A stretch of 56,055 nt of DNA from Coprococcus sp. (GCA_051877705.1 JBJEJD010000086.1:1-56055); one strand, 5' to 3'. Counted from the first letter of the stretch, positions 29,473 to 40,106 are shown. Notes: generated from the sequence alone by a model not told the origin. Numbers and translations are program-made.

Positions 29473-29836
29473 GTAAGTCTGTTGGATAATCGCGGCTGCA
29501 AGTGTCGAAAGACCGCAGGTGAGGAAAGTCCGAGCTTCTCAGGGCAGAGTGCCGGATAACGTCCGGTGGAGGCGACTCCAAGGCCAGTGCAACAGAAATA
29601 AACCGCCTGTTTTGACAGGTAAGGGTGGAAAGGCGAGGTAAGAGCTCACCGCTTCTCTGGTAACAGAGAAGGCTCTGTAAACCCCACTCGGAAGCAAGAC
29701 CGCATATAAAACGATACGTCGGCCCGGCGTGTTTTAGGGTAGGTCGCTCGATCCTGCTGGCGACAGCAGGGCTAGATAGATGATTATCGTATCCGGAATT
29801 CCGGATTCACATAACTCGGCTTATAGACAGGCTTAC
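29473..29836 (+). ncRNA. rnpB: RNase P RNA (bacterial, type A-like)
   Basis: GAGGAAAGTCCGAG, AGTGCAACAGAAA, GGTAAGAGC, TAAACCCC, TAGATAGATG and AACTCGGCTTAT; P1 pairing gtaagtctgt/acaggcttac. Confidence 0.95.
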
Positions 29837-29950
29837 TGAATAAAATGACCAGGAACCGTATATCAGGGATCATATCAGATGCAGGAGTTTGAGATGGTTG
29901 GCTGTTTATCCGGTTCCTTTTATGTATCTGATAAATGAAGTAAAGGATGG

Positions 29951-30823
29951 ATGAAGAATATGTTGGAAAATCAAAAGATAGCGGTAATTACAGATTCGTG
30001 TGCGGATATTCCGAAAGAATGGGTCAGCCGTTATCATATTTTTGTGTTGCCGCTGATCATTCGGTGTGAGGACGGAGAACATCACGATGGTGTGGATATC
30101 ACGTCCCGGGATATTTACAGAAGGCTTGAAAACGAATTACCGAAGACCAGTACACCTTCTGGTGAAGATATTGAGAATCTTCTGGAGGAGATTAAAAAGC
30201 AGGGCTATACAAAGGCTATTGCAGTCATGCTTTCAGGCGGTCTTTCAGGAACGGTCAATCATCTGAGACTGGCTGCTGAAGAAGCAGATGATCTGGAAAT
30301 AGCAGTTTTTGATTCCCATTCAGGCAGTATCGGCATTGGTGCAACGGCCATTATGGCTGCTGAATACATTGAGAACGGTATGAGTTTTGAGGATGTACAG
30401 GAACGAGTGAAGAAACTGATCGGACAGACAAATATATTTTTCTCGGTTGATACTTTGGAACATTTGCAGAAAGGGGGACGGATCGGTAAGGTAACAGCCA
30501 TGGCAGGCAGTCTTCTGAACATTAAGCCGATCCTGTCTGTGGATAAAAATGATGGGGAAATCTATACGGCGGCTAAAGTTCGCGGACATAAAGCAGTTGC
30601 CAGAAAACTCCAGATGCTTGTCAAAGATGTCTATGAGAGCGGAAGACCGTATAATCTGATGATAGCAGATGGCGGTGTGCCGGAAGAGGGAGATGAGCTT
30701 GAGAAGGAGATCAAAGCCATGTTCCCGGATTACCATCATTTTATCAGGGTGGAAATAGGCGCCACACTGAGCGTTTATATTGGTTCAGGCGTTCTCGGTG
30801 CTGCCATTCAGTATATTGATTAG
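29951..30823 (+). CDS. DegV family fatty acid-binding protein
   Basis: ITDSCAD, PKTSTPS, LSGGLSGT, LQKGGRIG, LNIKPIL. Confidence 0.92.
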   Translation: MKNMLENQKIAVITDSCADIPKEWVSRYHIFVLPLIIRCEDGEHHDGVDITSRDIYRRLENELPKTSTPSGEDIENLLEEIKKQGYTKAIAVMLSGGLSGTVNHLRLAAEEADDLEIAVFDSHSGSIGIGATAIMAAEYIENGMSFEDVQERVKKLIGQTNIFFSVDTLEHLQKGGRIGKVTAMAGSLLNIKPILSVDKNDGEIYTAAKVRGHKAVARKLQMLVKDVYESGRPYNLMIADGGVPEEGDELEKEIKAMFPDYHHFIRVEIGATLSVYIGSGVLGAAIQYID

Positions 30824-30828
30824 TTAAG

Positions 30829-30891
30829 GGTTCTTTCTGATGTCTGGATGTTGTAAAATATCCAACATCTGAAAGAACCATTTATTTTTTT
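30829..30891 (+). terminator. Terminator after degV
   Basis: ggttctttc..gatgt..tggat / atcca..acatc..gaaagaacc stem followed by a T-rich tail. Confidence 0.65.
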
Positions 30892-30903
30892 GCCATGGGA
30901 TGT

Positions 30904-30946
30904 TAAGGAAATCGTAAGGACTTTTGCGGAAACGCTGTGTTAGAAT
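30904..30946 (+). promoter_or_regulatory. OmpR-type direct-repeat site plus extended -10
   Basis: TAAGGA-N5-TAAGGA (11-bp period) upstream of TGtTAGAAT. Confidence 0.5.
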
Positions 30947-30996
30947 GATAGCATCAGAGATGCATATTTTTAAATAAAGAACAGGAGAGATAGATA

Positions 30997-31695
30997 ATGG
31001 GGGAACAGATTGAGATATTGGTTGTAGATGACGATAAGGAAATTGCAAATCTTGTGGAAATCTATTTGTCCAGCACCGGGTACGTCATTCATAAAGCCTA
31101 TAACGCTTTGGATGGACTTGCCATGCTGCAGCAATATGATATTAAACTGGCCATTGTTGATGTGATGATGCCTAAAATTGATGGTATAGAGATGTGCAAA
31201 AGAATTCGTGCAGGCAGAAATATACCAATTATCATATTGAGCGCTAAATCAGCGGATGTGGACAAGATTCTGGGATTGAGTGTCGGGGCCGATGATTATA
31301 TGATCAAGCCTTTTAATCCCATGGAGCTGCTGGCAAGGGTCAAGTCTCAGCTCCGGCGTTATCTGGAACTGAATCCGGGAACACAGGTAGATCAGGACAG
31401 GATAGAAGTACAGGATGTGGTTATTGATACGAAGAAACATCAGGTGACGGTTGATGGCAGGAATGTCGTATTGACACCCATCGAGTTTAATATTCTGCAG
31501 CTGCTTGCCAGTCATCCGGGCAGGGTATACAGTACGGACGAAATATATGAAACTGTCTGGAATGAAAAGCTTTACGAAGCGAATAATACAGTAATGGTAC
31601 ATATGCGGAGACTGCGTGAAAAAGTTGAAAAAAATCCGAGATCTCCGCAGCTGATCAAGACGGTCTGGGGAGTTGGATATAAAATTGAAGGTTAA
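30997..31695 (+). CDS. OmpR-family response regulator
   Basis: VVDDD, DVMMP, GADDYMIKPF, winged helix IKTVWGVGYK. Confidence 0.95.
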   Translation: MGEQIEILVVDDDKEIANLVEIYLSSTGYVIHKAYNALDGLAMLQQYDIKLAIVDVMMPKIDGIEMCKRIRAGRNIPIIILSAKSADVDKILGLSVGADDYMIKPFNPMELLARVKSQLRRYLELNPGTQVDQDRIEVQDVVIDTKKHQVTVDGRNVVLTPIEFNILQLLASHPGRVYSTDEIYETVWNEKLYEANNTVMVHMRRLREKVEKNPRSPQLIKTVWGVGYKIEG

Positions 31696-32893
31696 ATTCA
31701 GTGAAAGTTTTAGAATACGTATAATGGTCTATACCTGTATCAGTCTTGGAACGGCGATTCTATGCGATCTGGCACTGCTTTTATTCTGTATCCGTTCACG
31801 GCTGCTGGTCAGTGATTATGATACGGGGAACTGGATGAATCATATGTATATGAACAACAACAGTTATCAGTATATGACGCCGGGACAGAGCATGCTTGGA
31901 GAGTCAGATATTTTTTATCGGATCTTTGGTGTAGGTATCAAAGTTCAGCTGATCGTTTTGATGATCATTGTTGCAGTTGTTGTTTTTTTGCTTGTGTTTT
32001 TTATGCTGACGCGTCAGATGACGGGATATATCGGGAATATTTTAAGTGGTGTACAACAGATGGCTGACGGAGATTTTGAGTATCGGATCGATGTCCTTTA
32101 TCAGGATGAATTCTCCTGTATTGCTGATGGCATCAACAGGATGGCGGATACAGTTCAGAGCATGCAGAGAAGAGAGCAGGAGGCGGAGCAGACGAAAAAT
32201 GAGCTCATTACCAATGTGGCTCATGATTTGCGTACACCGCTGACTTCTATCATTGGTTATATCGATATTGTCAATACAAGAGAGGACCTGACAGATGAAC
32301 AGAAGGAAGAATATCTGAAGATTGCATGGGAGAAGGCACGAAAACTGGATGGCCTGATCAATGAACTGTTCAGTTTTACCAAGATCAGTTATGGTGGGAT
32401 GCCTATGAAAAAGTCCTCCATTGACCTGATCAAGCTGCTGGAACAGGAGGTAGACGAGTTGTATCCTTCTTTTGAGGAGAATTCGCTGACCTGTATTTTT
32501 GAACCGGATGTGGACAGATGTATGATTATGGCGGATGGAGAGAGACTGGTCCGGGTTTTTGATAATCTTCTGGGCAATGCCATACGATATGGCAAAGACG
32601 GCAAGATTATAAAGGTAAAGACCAAAACCGGTAACGGGATCATTAAGGTGCAGACTATCAATTACGGAAGTGTTATTCCTCAGGAAAGTATTCCTTATCT
32701 TTTTGAGAAGTTTTATAAAGTAGATACGGCCCGCCAGTCTTCAATTGAAGGAACAGGACTGGGTCTGGCTATTGCCAAAAGTATTGTGGAGAGTCATGGC
32801 GGCTGGATTAATGTCAGCAGCTCTTTTGATGGAACTGTTTTTGAGGTTACGCTGCCGGTTGCCGGAGAGACAGCTGAAACTGTCACAGAATAG
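31673..32893 (+). CDS. HAMP-domain sensor histidine kinase
   Basis: Two TM segments, HAMP, H-box AHDLRTPLT, N-box NLLGNAIRY, GTGLGLAI. Confidence 0.93.
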   Translation: MDIKLKVKFSESFRIRIMVYTCISLGTAILCDLALLLFCIRSRLLVSDYDTGNWMNHMYMNNNSYQYMTPGQSMLGESDIFYRIFGVGIKVQLIVLMIIVAVVVFLLVFFMLTRQMTGYIGNILSGVQQMADGDFEYRIDVLYQDEFSCIADGINRMADTVQSMQRREQEAEQTKNELITNVAHDLRTPLTSIIGYIDIVNTREDLTDEQKEEYLKIAWEKARKLDGLINELFSFTKISYGGMPMKKSSIDLIKLLEQEVDELYPSFEENSLTCIFEPDVDRCMIMADGERLVRVFDNLLGNAIRYGKDGKIIKVKTKTGNGIIKVQTINYGSVIPQESIPYLFEKFYKVDTARQSSIEGTGLGLAIAKSIVESHGGWINVSSSFDGTVFEVTLPVAGETAETVTE

Positions 32894-32909
32894 ACAGAGA
32901 GGGGATAAA

Positions 32910-35126
32910 ATGAGAAAAAGAGTAAAAGAGCTTTTTTTGCGAATCATGGTGTTTTTTGTTTTGTCTGTCCTCTGGAGTGTAATGGTGACTCAGTCCGCTA
33001 TGGCTGATGAAAAAGCGGAACGATTTACAATTACATGCGATGCAGGAGATGGCTTTTATATTGCTGATAGTGTGCATCATTATCCTGTCCAGGTGTCAGT
33101 CAGTAATAATGGAGGAGATTTTAACGGTGTGATCAAGCTGATGATGTATACAGGCAGCAGTATGGAAGAAGTTCTTGCCTATGTACAGGCAGCGGTCATT
33201 CCGTCGGGCGAGACAGAAATCTTCAAATTTAATGTGCAGAATATTTATTTTGATCAGACACCTTATGCAATACCTGTTCGGATCGAACTTCTGGATGAAA
33301 ATGGCAATCAGCTCTGCTGTCAGATATTGGATTTTCAGGTTTCATCGGATGGAGGAGAGATGCTTCTGGGGGGAGTGGTCAGCCGGAATGATCAGATCTG
33401 TCAATTGATAAGTGCCTCTGCTTTTGATTATGAAGCGGAGTATTCCTATGGAAGAGTGACGATGCAGGGGATAGAACTTACTTCGGATGATATCCTTTCC
33501 ATGGATCTTTCAAGGCTGGACATACTGGTGCTGGATATGGATGTTTCGGATGAAGCATGGGAGAAGATATTGGACTGGCTTATGACAGGTGAGCATCTGA
33601 TAATAAACAGGAAGCTCTATGATGTCCGTATACAAAAAATACTGGATAATGACAATACAGCTACATGGGGAAACGGTCGTATTCTTGTATATGATGAAAA
33701 TGATCAATGGACCGGGACAGAAGTGATACGATACGTTAAAACACTTTTTGGAACGTCAGGGATGAACGAAATACTCAATGGCAGCAATGACAGCTATTGG
33801 ATCATCAGTAATCAACTCAGCTATGATATGTGGAGCAGGATGCCGGGAATTGGAGGATATCTGATAGTTCTCCTTGCTTATATTCTGCTGATGGGACCGG
33901 CAGCTTATATCCTTTTGTCCGGAAAAAAGGATCGCAGGGAATATCTGTGGGGAGTCATTCCATGTCTGGCCATAGTCTTTTCTCTTTTAATATATTGGCT
34001 GGGCGGCTCAACGCGCTATGCGGATACTTTTATAAGATATGGCAGTACAGTTCATCTGACGGAAGAAGGGAGTGTTGAGAATACCCGTATGATGGTAACA
34101 AGCCCTGATAAGGGACATACAATGGTTACACTGGAAGAAGGATGCGATCTTCAGCCGGTGTTGGAGGATTATTACTGGAACGGCGATCAGAATTTTGAAA
34201 ATTGTAAGGAAAAACTGTTGACAGAGGAATATGATCTGGCTGTCACAGCTTCTGAGGAGCGAACAGAATTATTGATCGACAGTAAAAGTGTGTTTGACAA
34301 ATCCTATTTTTCTGTTTCCCGTGTCTTTGAGAATGAGGGCCGGCTGGATGCAGAACTGCAGTTTTTCCGTGGATGCTTCAGTGGAACCATTACCAACTCA
34401 ACATCCTGGAATCTGGAAAATGTATTTATTGATTTTCAGGGAGTAGGCCTGATGATAGGTACAGTGCCGGCTGGACAGTCTGTTTCTCTGGATCATGCGG
34501 AAGCGGATACGCTGCTCTTGTATTCGGATAGCCTGAATCTGGATCTCTCTGTGTACGGAGAAGAAGAGAATCAGACGGCAGCGGGATGGATTATGAGAAA
34601 TCTGATTGATAACAGCAATCTGCTTCTTGATAAAGACAGTGCGCTTATAGCAGGGTTTACAGAGGACTATGATATTGGCATCGAGGAGGGCAGCCAGATA
34701 GAGTCTGTCAATGGAATGGCTCTGATCATACAGGATATTCCAATCATATCATCCGGTGAAGGATGGTCATCTCAGGCTGTTGTCTGGGGGACGGGTGCGA
34801 GTGATGAAGATAAGGAGAATTATGACAGTTATAATTACATGATTTACAGCACAGACCCAATCAACTTTGATTATCAGCTGGATGGTACGTTTCGGCCGGA
34901 TTATGTCAGATGGGTGAATTATGATCCGTATGTACATATTGAGTTTTATAATTATGAGACAGGAGACTATGATAGCGTATTTGGGGCTTCTCATGCTATT
35001 TCCGGTGAGAAGCTGGTGCCATACCTGGATGATCATTATCTGATAAAGGCAAAGGTGTGGGCTGATGATGAATACAGCAGGTATATTCCGGTCTTTACTG
35101 TGACGGGAGGTGGAGCAGATGATTGA
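32910..35126 (+). CDS. Large acidic membrane-anchored hypothetical protein (ABC-associated)
   Basis: Signal-peptide-like N-terminus from ATG 32910, two central TM helices, overlaps the ABC ATPase gene. Confidence 0.7.
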   Translation: MRKRVKELFLRIMVFFVLSVLWSVMVTQSAMADEKAERFTITCDAGDGFYIADSVHHYPVQVSVSNNGGDFNGVIKLMMYTGSSMEEVLAYVQAAVIPSGETEIFKFNVQNIYFDQTPYAIPVRIELLDENGNQLCCQILDFQVSSDGGEMLLGGVVSRNDQICQLISASAFDYEAEYSYGRVTMQGIELTSDDILSMDLSRLDILVLDMDVSDEAWEKILDWLMTGEHLIINRKLYDVRIQKILDNDNTATWGNGRILVYDENDQWTGTEVIRYVKTLFGTSGMNEILNGSNDSYWIISNQLSYDMWSRMPGIGGYLIVLLAYILLMGPAAYILLSGKKDRREYLWGVIPCLAIVFSLLIYWLGGSTRYADTFIRYGSTVHLTEEGSVENTRMMVTSPDKGHTMVTLEEGCDLQPVLEDYYWNGDQNFENCKEKLLTEEYDLAVTASEERTELLIDSKSVFDKSYFSVSRVFENEGRLDAELQFFRGCFSGTITNSTSWNLENVFIDFQGVGLMIGTVPAGQSVSLDHAEADTLLLYSDSLNLDLSVYGEEENQTAAGWIMRNLIDNSNLLLDKDSALIAGFTEDYDIGIEEGSQIESVNGMALIIQDIPIISSGEGWSSQAVVWGTGASDEDKENYDSYNYMIYSTDPINFDYQLDGTFRPDYVRWVNYDPYVHIEFYNYETGDYDSVFGASHAISGEKLVPYLDDHYLIKAKVWADDEYSRYIPVFTVTGGGADD

Positions 35127-36060
35127 GATCAGACATCTGTATAAAGCTTTTGACAGGCATATGGTTTTGCGTGATCTGAATATGAAGATTGAAGATGGTG
35201 CCATCTATGGATTTGTGGGACCAAATGGTGCTGGAAAAACGACTACCATGCGTATTATTGCAGGGCTCCTGAAGGCTGACAGCGGACAGATACTTTTTGA
35301 TGGGGTTGATATCGGAAACAGGAGGAAGGATGTCATTGGATATATGCCGGATTTTTTCGGCGTTTATGACAGACTGAAAGTTAAAGAATACATGAGTTTT
35401 TTTTCGTCCATTTATGGATTGGATCATGAAGAAACAGAAAAACGGACCAATGAACTGCTGGAACTTGTTCATTTGCAGGATAGAAAAGAAAGCTATGTGG
35501 ATACACTGTCCCGTGGTATGAAACAGCGGCTTTGCCTGGCAAGGTGTCTGATTCACGATCCGAAACTGCTGATTCTGGACGAACCGGCATCGGGGCTTGA
35601 TCCAAGGGCAAGATTTGAATTCAAGGAAATTATCCGGCATCTATGGCAGCAGGGCCATACGATTTTGATCAGTTCTCATATCCTTCCGGAATTGTCAGAG
35701 ATGTGTACAGATATATGCATTATTGATCATGGAAAATGTATAATGGATGGCAGTGTGGAAGAAATTGAGCATCATATGCTGACGGCTGCTCCGCTGGTAG
35801 TGAAAACAATGGAAAAAATGCAGGAAGCAATCGAATTGATCAGGGAGAATCCGCTGGTGGAGACACTTTCATATAGTGAAAGTGAGATACGTGCTGTTTT
35901 CAACGGCGGCAGAGAAGATGAGGTTATGCTGCTGAGGCGGCTGATGGCATCGGACATTCCGGTCTATACTTTTAAAAGAGATAATGGTAACCTGGAAACT
36001 TTATTTATGCAGATCACAGATCCGGAGGTGAAAAAAGATGCTTATAAATCCGGTATATAA
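35119..36060 (+). CDS. ABC transporter ATP-binding protein (ABC-2/export type)
   Basis: GPNGAGKTT, LSRGMKQR, LILDEP, SSH; start either ATG 35119 or GTG 35110. Confidence 0.93.
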   Translation: MIEIRHLYKAFDRHMVLRDLNMKIEDGAIYGFVGPNGAGKTTTMRIIAGLLKADSGQILFDGVDIGNRRKDVIGYMPDFFGVYDRLKVKEYMSFFSSIYGLDHEETEKRTNELLELVHLQDRKESYVDTLSRGMKQRLCLARCLIHDPKLLILDEPASGLDPRARFEFKEIIRHLWQQGHTILISSHILPELSEMCTDICIIDHGKCIMDGSVEEIEHHMLTAAPLVVKTMEKMQEAIELIRENPLVETLSYSESEIRAVFNGGREDEVMLLRRLMASDIPVYTFKRDNGNLETLFMQITDPEVKKDAYKSGI

Positions 36061-36976
36061 AAAAGAACTGAAAATGATGGCGCGTTCTATGCAGCTTCCT
36101 GCGCTGGCAGTCGTATTTAATGTTATTCTGTCTGCAGTTGCGATAATTGTTCTTTACTGCATCAGACAGATCGCAGTTAACAGCGGTACATCTCCTTATA
36201 ATAATATGATGCCGTTGTATATGGCTATACTGTCCATTGAAGTTTTTATGTTTTTTCTTTTTGTTCCTTCAGCAGCGGGTGGAAGCGTTGCGGGCGAAAG
36301 GGAGAGGCAGACACTGGATATATTACTGGCATCTAAAATGACTGTCCCAGGTATTATATTGGGGAAGCTGATGTCCTGCATCAGTCTGGCGCTTCTTCTG
36401 GGAATTTCCAGTCTGCCTGTACTGGCTATCACACTTATGTATGGCGGGATCGGTCTTGCGGATATCTATCAGTCAATAATATATGCGGGATTTCTTGTAC
36501 TGCTGATAGGCTGTGTGGGTGTTTTCTGCTCCTGTTGTTTTAAAAAGACAACCTTTGCGTCGGTGGCTTCTTATGGCATTCTTATATTTTTGACATTAGG
36601 TACAGTGCTGCTTGTTATATTACTGAATGCAGCTTATCAGTTGAGAACAGGTGGTTCGGTTGTAGACTATTATGTCTATGCAGCTGGATATGGTGGGAAT
36701 GCTGTCCGGGGGTTGGTTTACATATGGCTTTTTAATCCCGCAGTTACATATTTTATGGTTTTGTTTGGACAATTGGGAAATATCCGGAATATTGAGAATT
36801 TTCTTTTGTCTCTCGGAGCGGCACAGGAGGTGACGAATCACTGGATTTTACTGAGTATTCTGGCTCAGATAATACTTATGATAGTTCTGTTTATTTTATC
36901 CATTCAATACCTTGATCCTCAGAATGAACGTTTCCAGGCCGGCAGAAAAATATTAAAAAAACATAAAAGGCAATAA
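36038..36976 (+). CDS. ABC-2 type permease
   Basis: GERERQTLDILL...IILGKL motif; multiple TM segments. Confidence 0.87.
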   Translation: MLINPVYKKELKMMARSMQLPALAVVFNVILSAVAIIVLYCIRQIAVNSGTSPYNNMMPLYMAILSIEVFMFFLFVPSAAGGSVAGERERQTLDILLASKMTVPGIILGKLMSCISLALLLGISSLPVLAITLMYGGIGLADIYQSIIYAGFLVLLIGCVGVFCSCCFKKTTFASVASYGILIFLTLGTVLLVILLNAAYQLRTGGSVVDYYVYAAGYGGNAVRGLVYIWLFNPAVTYFMVLFGQLGNIRNIENFLLSLGAAQEVTNHWILLSILAQIILMIVLFILSIQYLDPQNERFQAGRKILKKHKRQ

Positions 36977-37068
36977 AATCAGTTGCAATGCCGGCCTGAA
37001 TCATGGATAATAAAGGAGATGTCTTAAAAAGACAGATCCTAATTACATACAAAGGAGATTGGATAAAG

Positions 37069-37923
37069 TTGGCACAGGAAAGCTGGTTTGAAAGAATATG
37101 GCGTCTTATGACGCCGGAACTGGTATATTTTGGGATATGTTATCTGGTGGATATAGTTGTCGGAATGTACTGGGGATATTCTATAATGGGAGACTATATA
37201 GCAGATGACCTGACGGTGGATGTGGAAGGTTTTACGGCGACGATGATGGAGATGCTGATGGAATATGCCATGCTGCTGCAGTCCATTGCGGCTCTGGTGG
37301 CCATATTCTTTCTGGCACGCATGTATTTAAATGATTACAAAAAACGCCGTTTTGTTTTTGATAAAAGGAGCGTGAAAACACCTTACTGGATACTGCTGAT
37401 ACCGGCGGGGGTATTTGCTTCCCTGGCAGGCAATATGCTGATGAATGTATCAGATCTGGCAGAGATGTCAGAAAGCTTCCAGGAATCTGAGCAGCTGCTG
37501 TTCTCCGGACCTTTTATTATCCAGATCGTTGGTATTGGTCTGATTATCCCGGTCTGCGAGGAGTTGATTTATCGTGGACTGATTTATATGAGAATGCGTC
37601 AGTATCTGAATGTCAATCTGGCTATTGTTGCATCGGCGCTGATTTTCGGTATTGTCCATGGCAATATTGTTCAGGGTATTTACGCATTTATGATTGGAAT
37701 TCTGTTTGCTTATGCCTATGAGAAATATGGTTCACTGAAAGCACCGGTCATACTGCATATTTCTGCCAATATTCTGTCACTGGCATTGACGGTGGTGGCT
37801 CCTTCCTTTGACAGCAGGAGTGTTCTGATGGGAGCTGGAATCGTATCAGTCCTGCTGTGCCTTGCAGTCGTATTTGTTATCGACAGGAATGTATCCGCAG
37901 AGCGAATTTATTTTACAAGTTGA
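37069..37923 (+). CDS. CPBP (CAAX/Abi) family intramembrane metalloprotease
   Basis: PVCEELIYRG, FGIVH, H..N motifs; likely TTG start after AAGGAG. Confidence 0.88.
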   Translation: MAQESWFERIWRLMTPELVYFGICYLVDIVVGMYWGYSIMGDYIADDLTVDVEGFTATMMEMLMEYAMLLQSIAALVAIFFLARMYLNDYKKRRFVFDKRSVKTPYWILLIPAGVFASLAGNMLMNVSDLAEMSESFQESEQLLFSGPFIIQIVGIGLIIPVCEELIYRGLIYMRMRQYLNVNLAIVASALIFGIVHGNIVQGIYAFMIGILFAYAYEKYGSLKAPVILHISANILSLALTVVAPSFDSRSVLMGAGIVSVLLCLAVVFVIDRNVSAERIYFTS

Positions 37924-37958
37924 TGCGGGTCAATGACGCAGTACATTACAGTCAGTGA

Positions 37959-38008
37959 AAGAACTCCTGAAAAACATGCTCATCGCAGATTGTTTTTCAG
38001 GAGTTTTT
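37959..38008 (+). terminator. Terminator-like hairpin (copy B of the dispersed hairpin element)
   Basis: aactcctgaaaaaca / tgtttttcaggagtt stem plus T run; loop shared with 4850-4899. Confidence 0.75.
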
Positions 38009-38172
38009 TATAGCCTTTTCGGACTGCTGCTGAAAAGGAAGAAAAAAGTAACGCCGTTATGAACAAAAAGGTTTTTTGACAGATAACTGGTGATTTTACT
38101 GTCGATGGATGATGATTGCCGAATGTTTTTAGATATGCTATACTTGGAATGTCAATTTGCAGGAAACAAGCA

Positions 38173-38228
38173 TTGACTTTTTTGGATGGATAGTGTAATA
38201 TAAACATAAGTTCGGAGAACGGATGTTC
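38173..38228 (+). promoter_or_regulatory. recA promoter with LexA (SOS) boxes
   Basis: TTGACT-17 bp-TAATAT; perfect GAAC-ggat-GTTC at 38217-38228 and AAAC-ataa-GTTC at 38202-38213. Confidence 0.8.
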
Positions 38229-38311
38229 ACGAATATATGGATAGGAATTCCGGCAGAATGACAGAGCTGAACAGCCGGTGATGTTTATAAATCAGTGGAG
38301 GAGACATAGGG

Positions 38312-39379
38312 ATGGATAAGAGTGAGAAGTTAAAGGCTTTGGATGCGGCGATTTCAAGGATTGAGAAGGATTATGGCAAGGGATCGATCATGAAGCTGGG
38401 AGACAAGGGAACGGCCATGGATGTGGAGACGATTCCTACAGGTTCTCTTAGTCTTGATCTGGCTCTTGGCCTGGGCGGCCTGCCGAAGGGACGTGTTATT
38501 GAGATATATGGTCCTGAATCTTCAGGTAAGACGACAGTAACTTTACATATGGTGGCAGAGGTGCAGAAGCGTGGCGGTATCGCAGGCTTTATAGATGCAG
38601 AGCATGCACTGGATCCTGCATATGCCAGAAATATTGGTGTAGATATTGACAATCTGTATATTTCACAGCCGGACAATGGTGAGCAGGCTCTGGAGATTAC
38701 GGAGACGATGGTACGTTCGGGTGCCATTGATATTATTGTTGTGGATTCGGTAGCAGCACTTGTACCGAAGGCGGAGATCGACGGTGATATGGGTGATTCT
38801 CATGTGGGTCTTCAGGCCAGACTGATGTCTCAGGCTCTCAGGAAGCTGACGGCAGTGATCAGCAAGTCTAACTGTATTGTAATTTTTATTAATCAGCTCC
38901 GTGAGAAGGTGGGGGTTATGTTCGGCAATCCTGAGACGACTACAGGCGGTCGTGCATTGAAGTTTTATTCGTCTATCCGTCTGGATATCCGGCGTATCGA
39001 ATCCATCAAACAGGGTGGTGAGATCGTAGGTAACCGTACCCGTGTAAAGGTTGTGAAGAACAAGGTGGCGCCTCCGTTTAAGGAAGCTGAGTTTGATATT
39101 ATGTTTGGTAAGGGTATTTCAAGAGAAGGAGATATTCTGGATCTTGCTGCCAACACAGGTATCGTCAATAAGAGCGGTGCATGGTATTCCTATAATGATG
39201 CAAAGATTGGTCAGGGACGTGAGAATACCAAGGCATATTTTCGTGAGAATCCGGCAATTATGGATGAGATAGAACATAAGGTGCGTGTACATTTCGGACT
39301 GGAGAAGGATGATGCAGCCGTTGGGGATGTATCATCTGTATCTGCAGATACTGCGGCAATTGATGAAGAGAATATATAA
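38312..39379 (+). CDS. recA: Recombinase A
   Basis: [38 protein letters not shown]. Confidence 0.99.
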   Translation: MDKSEKLKALDAAISRIEKDYGKGSIMKLGDKGTAMDVETIPTGSLSLDLALGLGGLPKGRVIEIYGPESSGKTTVTLHMVAEVQKRGGIAGFIDAEHALDPAYARNIGVDIDNLYISQPDNGEQALEITETMVRSGAIDIIVVDSVAALVPKAEIDGDMGDSHVGLQARLMSQALRKLTAVISKSNCIVIFINQLREKVGVMFGNPETTTGGRALKFYSSIRLDIRRIESIKQGGEIVGNRTRVKVVKNKVAPPFKEAEFDIMFGKGISREGDILDLAANTGIVNKSGAWYSYNDAKIGQGRENTKAYFRENPAIMDEIEHKVRVHFGLEKDDAAVGDVSSVSADTAAIDEENI

Positions 39380-39996
39380 TGAGAATTACGGCGATTGAAT
39401 ATGTGTCACGGCATAAGATGCGGGTTTCCCTTGACGGGGAACCTGCTTTTGTCTTGACGGATAAAAAATTAGAAGAATGGCAGCTGCATGTGGGAGACGA
39501 TCTGGATGATGAGCGTTCTGAAGCACTGATGACCTTTGTTGGACGGGAGGCTGCACGTGCAGCGATGGATCTGTTGATCCGAAGAGACTATTCGGAGGCG
39601 GAGCTGTACAGCAAACTGCGACAGAAGGGGTTTAATGACAGGATTGCGGCACAGGGAATAGCTTATGTACATTCTTATCATTATCTGGATGATGAGCGGT
39701 ATGCCAGTCAGCTTGTAGCTGGTAAAAGAGGAACAGTCAGTCGTAAGATGATGATCTGTCAGCTGCAGCAGAAGGGCGTGGATGATACTGTCATACAAAA
39801 GACTATGGCATGTGCAGAGTGGAACGATGAGGATGGTATTCGTTTTGAGATAAGGAAGAAATTTCATTCTTCTGAAGAATTGTTCGAACTTTCAGAAAAA
39901 GACAGACAAAAGATGTTTCAATCATTGATGAGAAAGGGATATAATTATTCTGATATTAGCCGTATAATGAGAAATTTTGTGGATGTTGACATATGA
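39379..39996 (+). CDS. recX: Regulatory protein RecX
   Basis: RRDYSEAEL..KL, YLDDERYA, LMRKGY; coupled to recA. Confidence 0.9.
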   Translation: MRITAIEYVSRHKMRVSLDGEPAFVLTDKKLEEWQLHVGDDLDDERSEALMTFVGREAARAAMDLLIRRDYSEAELYSKLRQKGFNDRIAAQGIAYVHSYHYLDDERYASQLVAGKRGTVSRKMMICQLQQKGVDDTVIQKTMACAEWNDEDGIRFEIRKKFHSSEELFELSEKDRQKMFQSLMRKGYNYSDISRIMRNFVDVDI

Positions 39997-40106
39997 GAGA
40001 GAATTTAAAATAAACGGGAGAGCATCTTAAAAGAAAAAATGTATAATTAACCCGATAAAATCGTCACAAAATTTTGACAATTCGGGTGGATTTAGGAATA
40101 GAATAC

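Noticed and set aside
29850-29920. Long imperfect hairpin after rnpB as another copy of the dispersed element
   Set aside because: Lacks the conserved loop core; most simply the rnpB terminator region
32745-32909. N-terminal extension of the 793-aa ORF (similar extensions at 9507, 11056, 14366, 41784, 45175, 48246, 49671, 55203)
   Set aside because: They overlap upstream genes or terminators; downstream ATGs have good SD sequences
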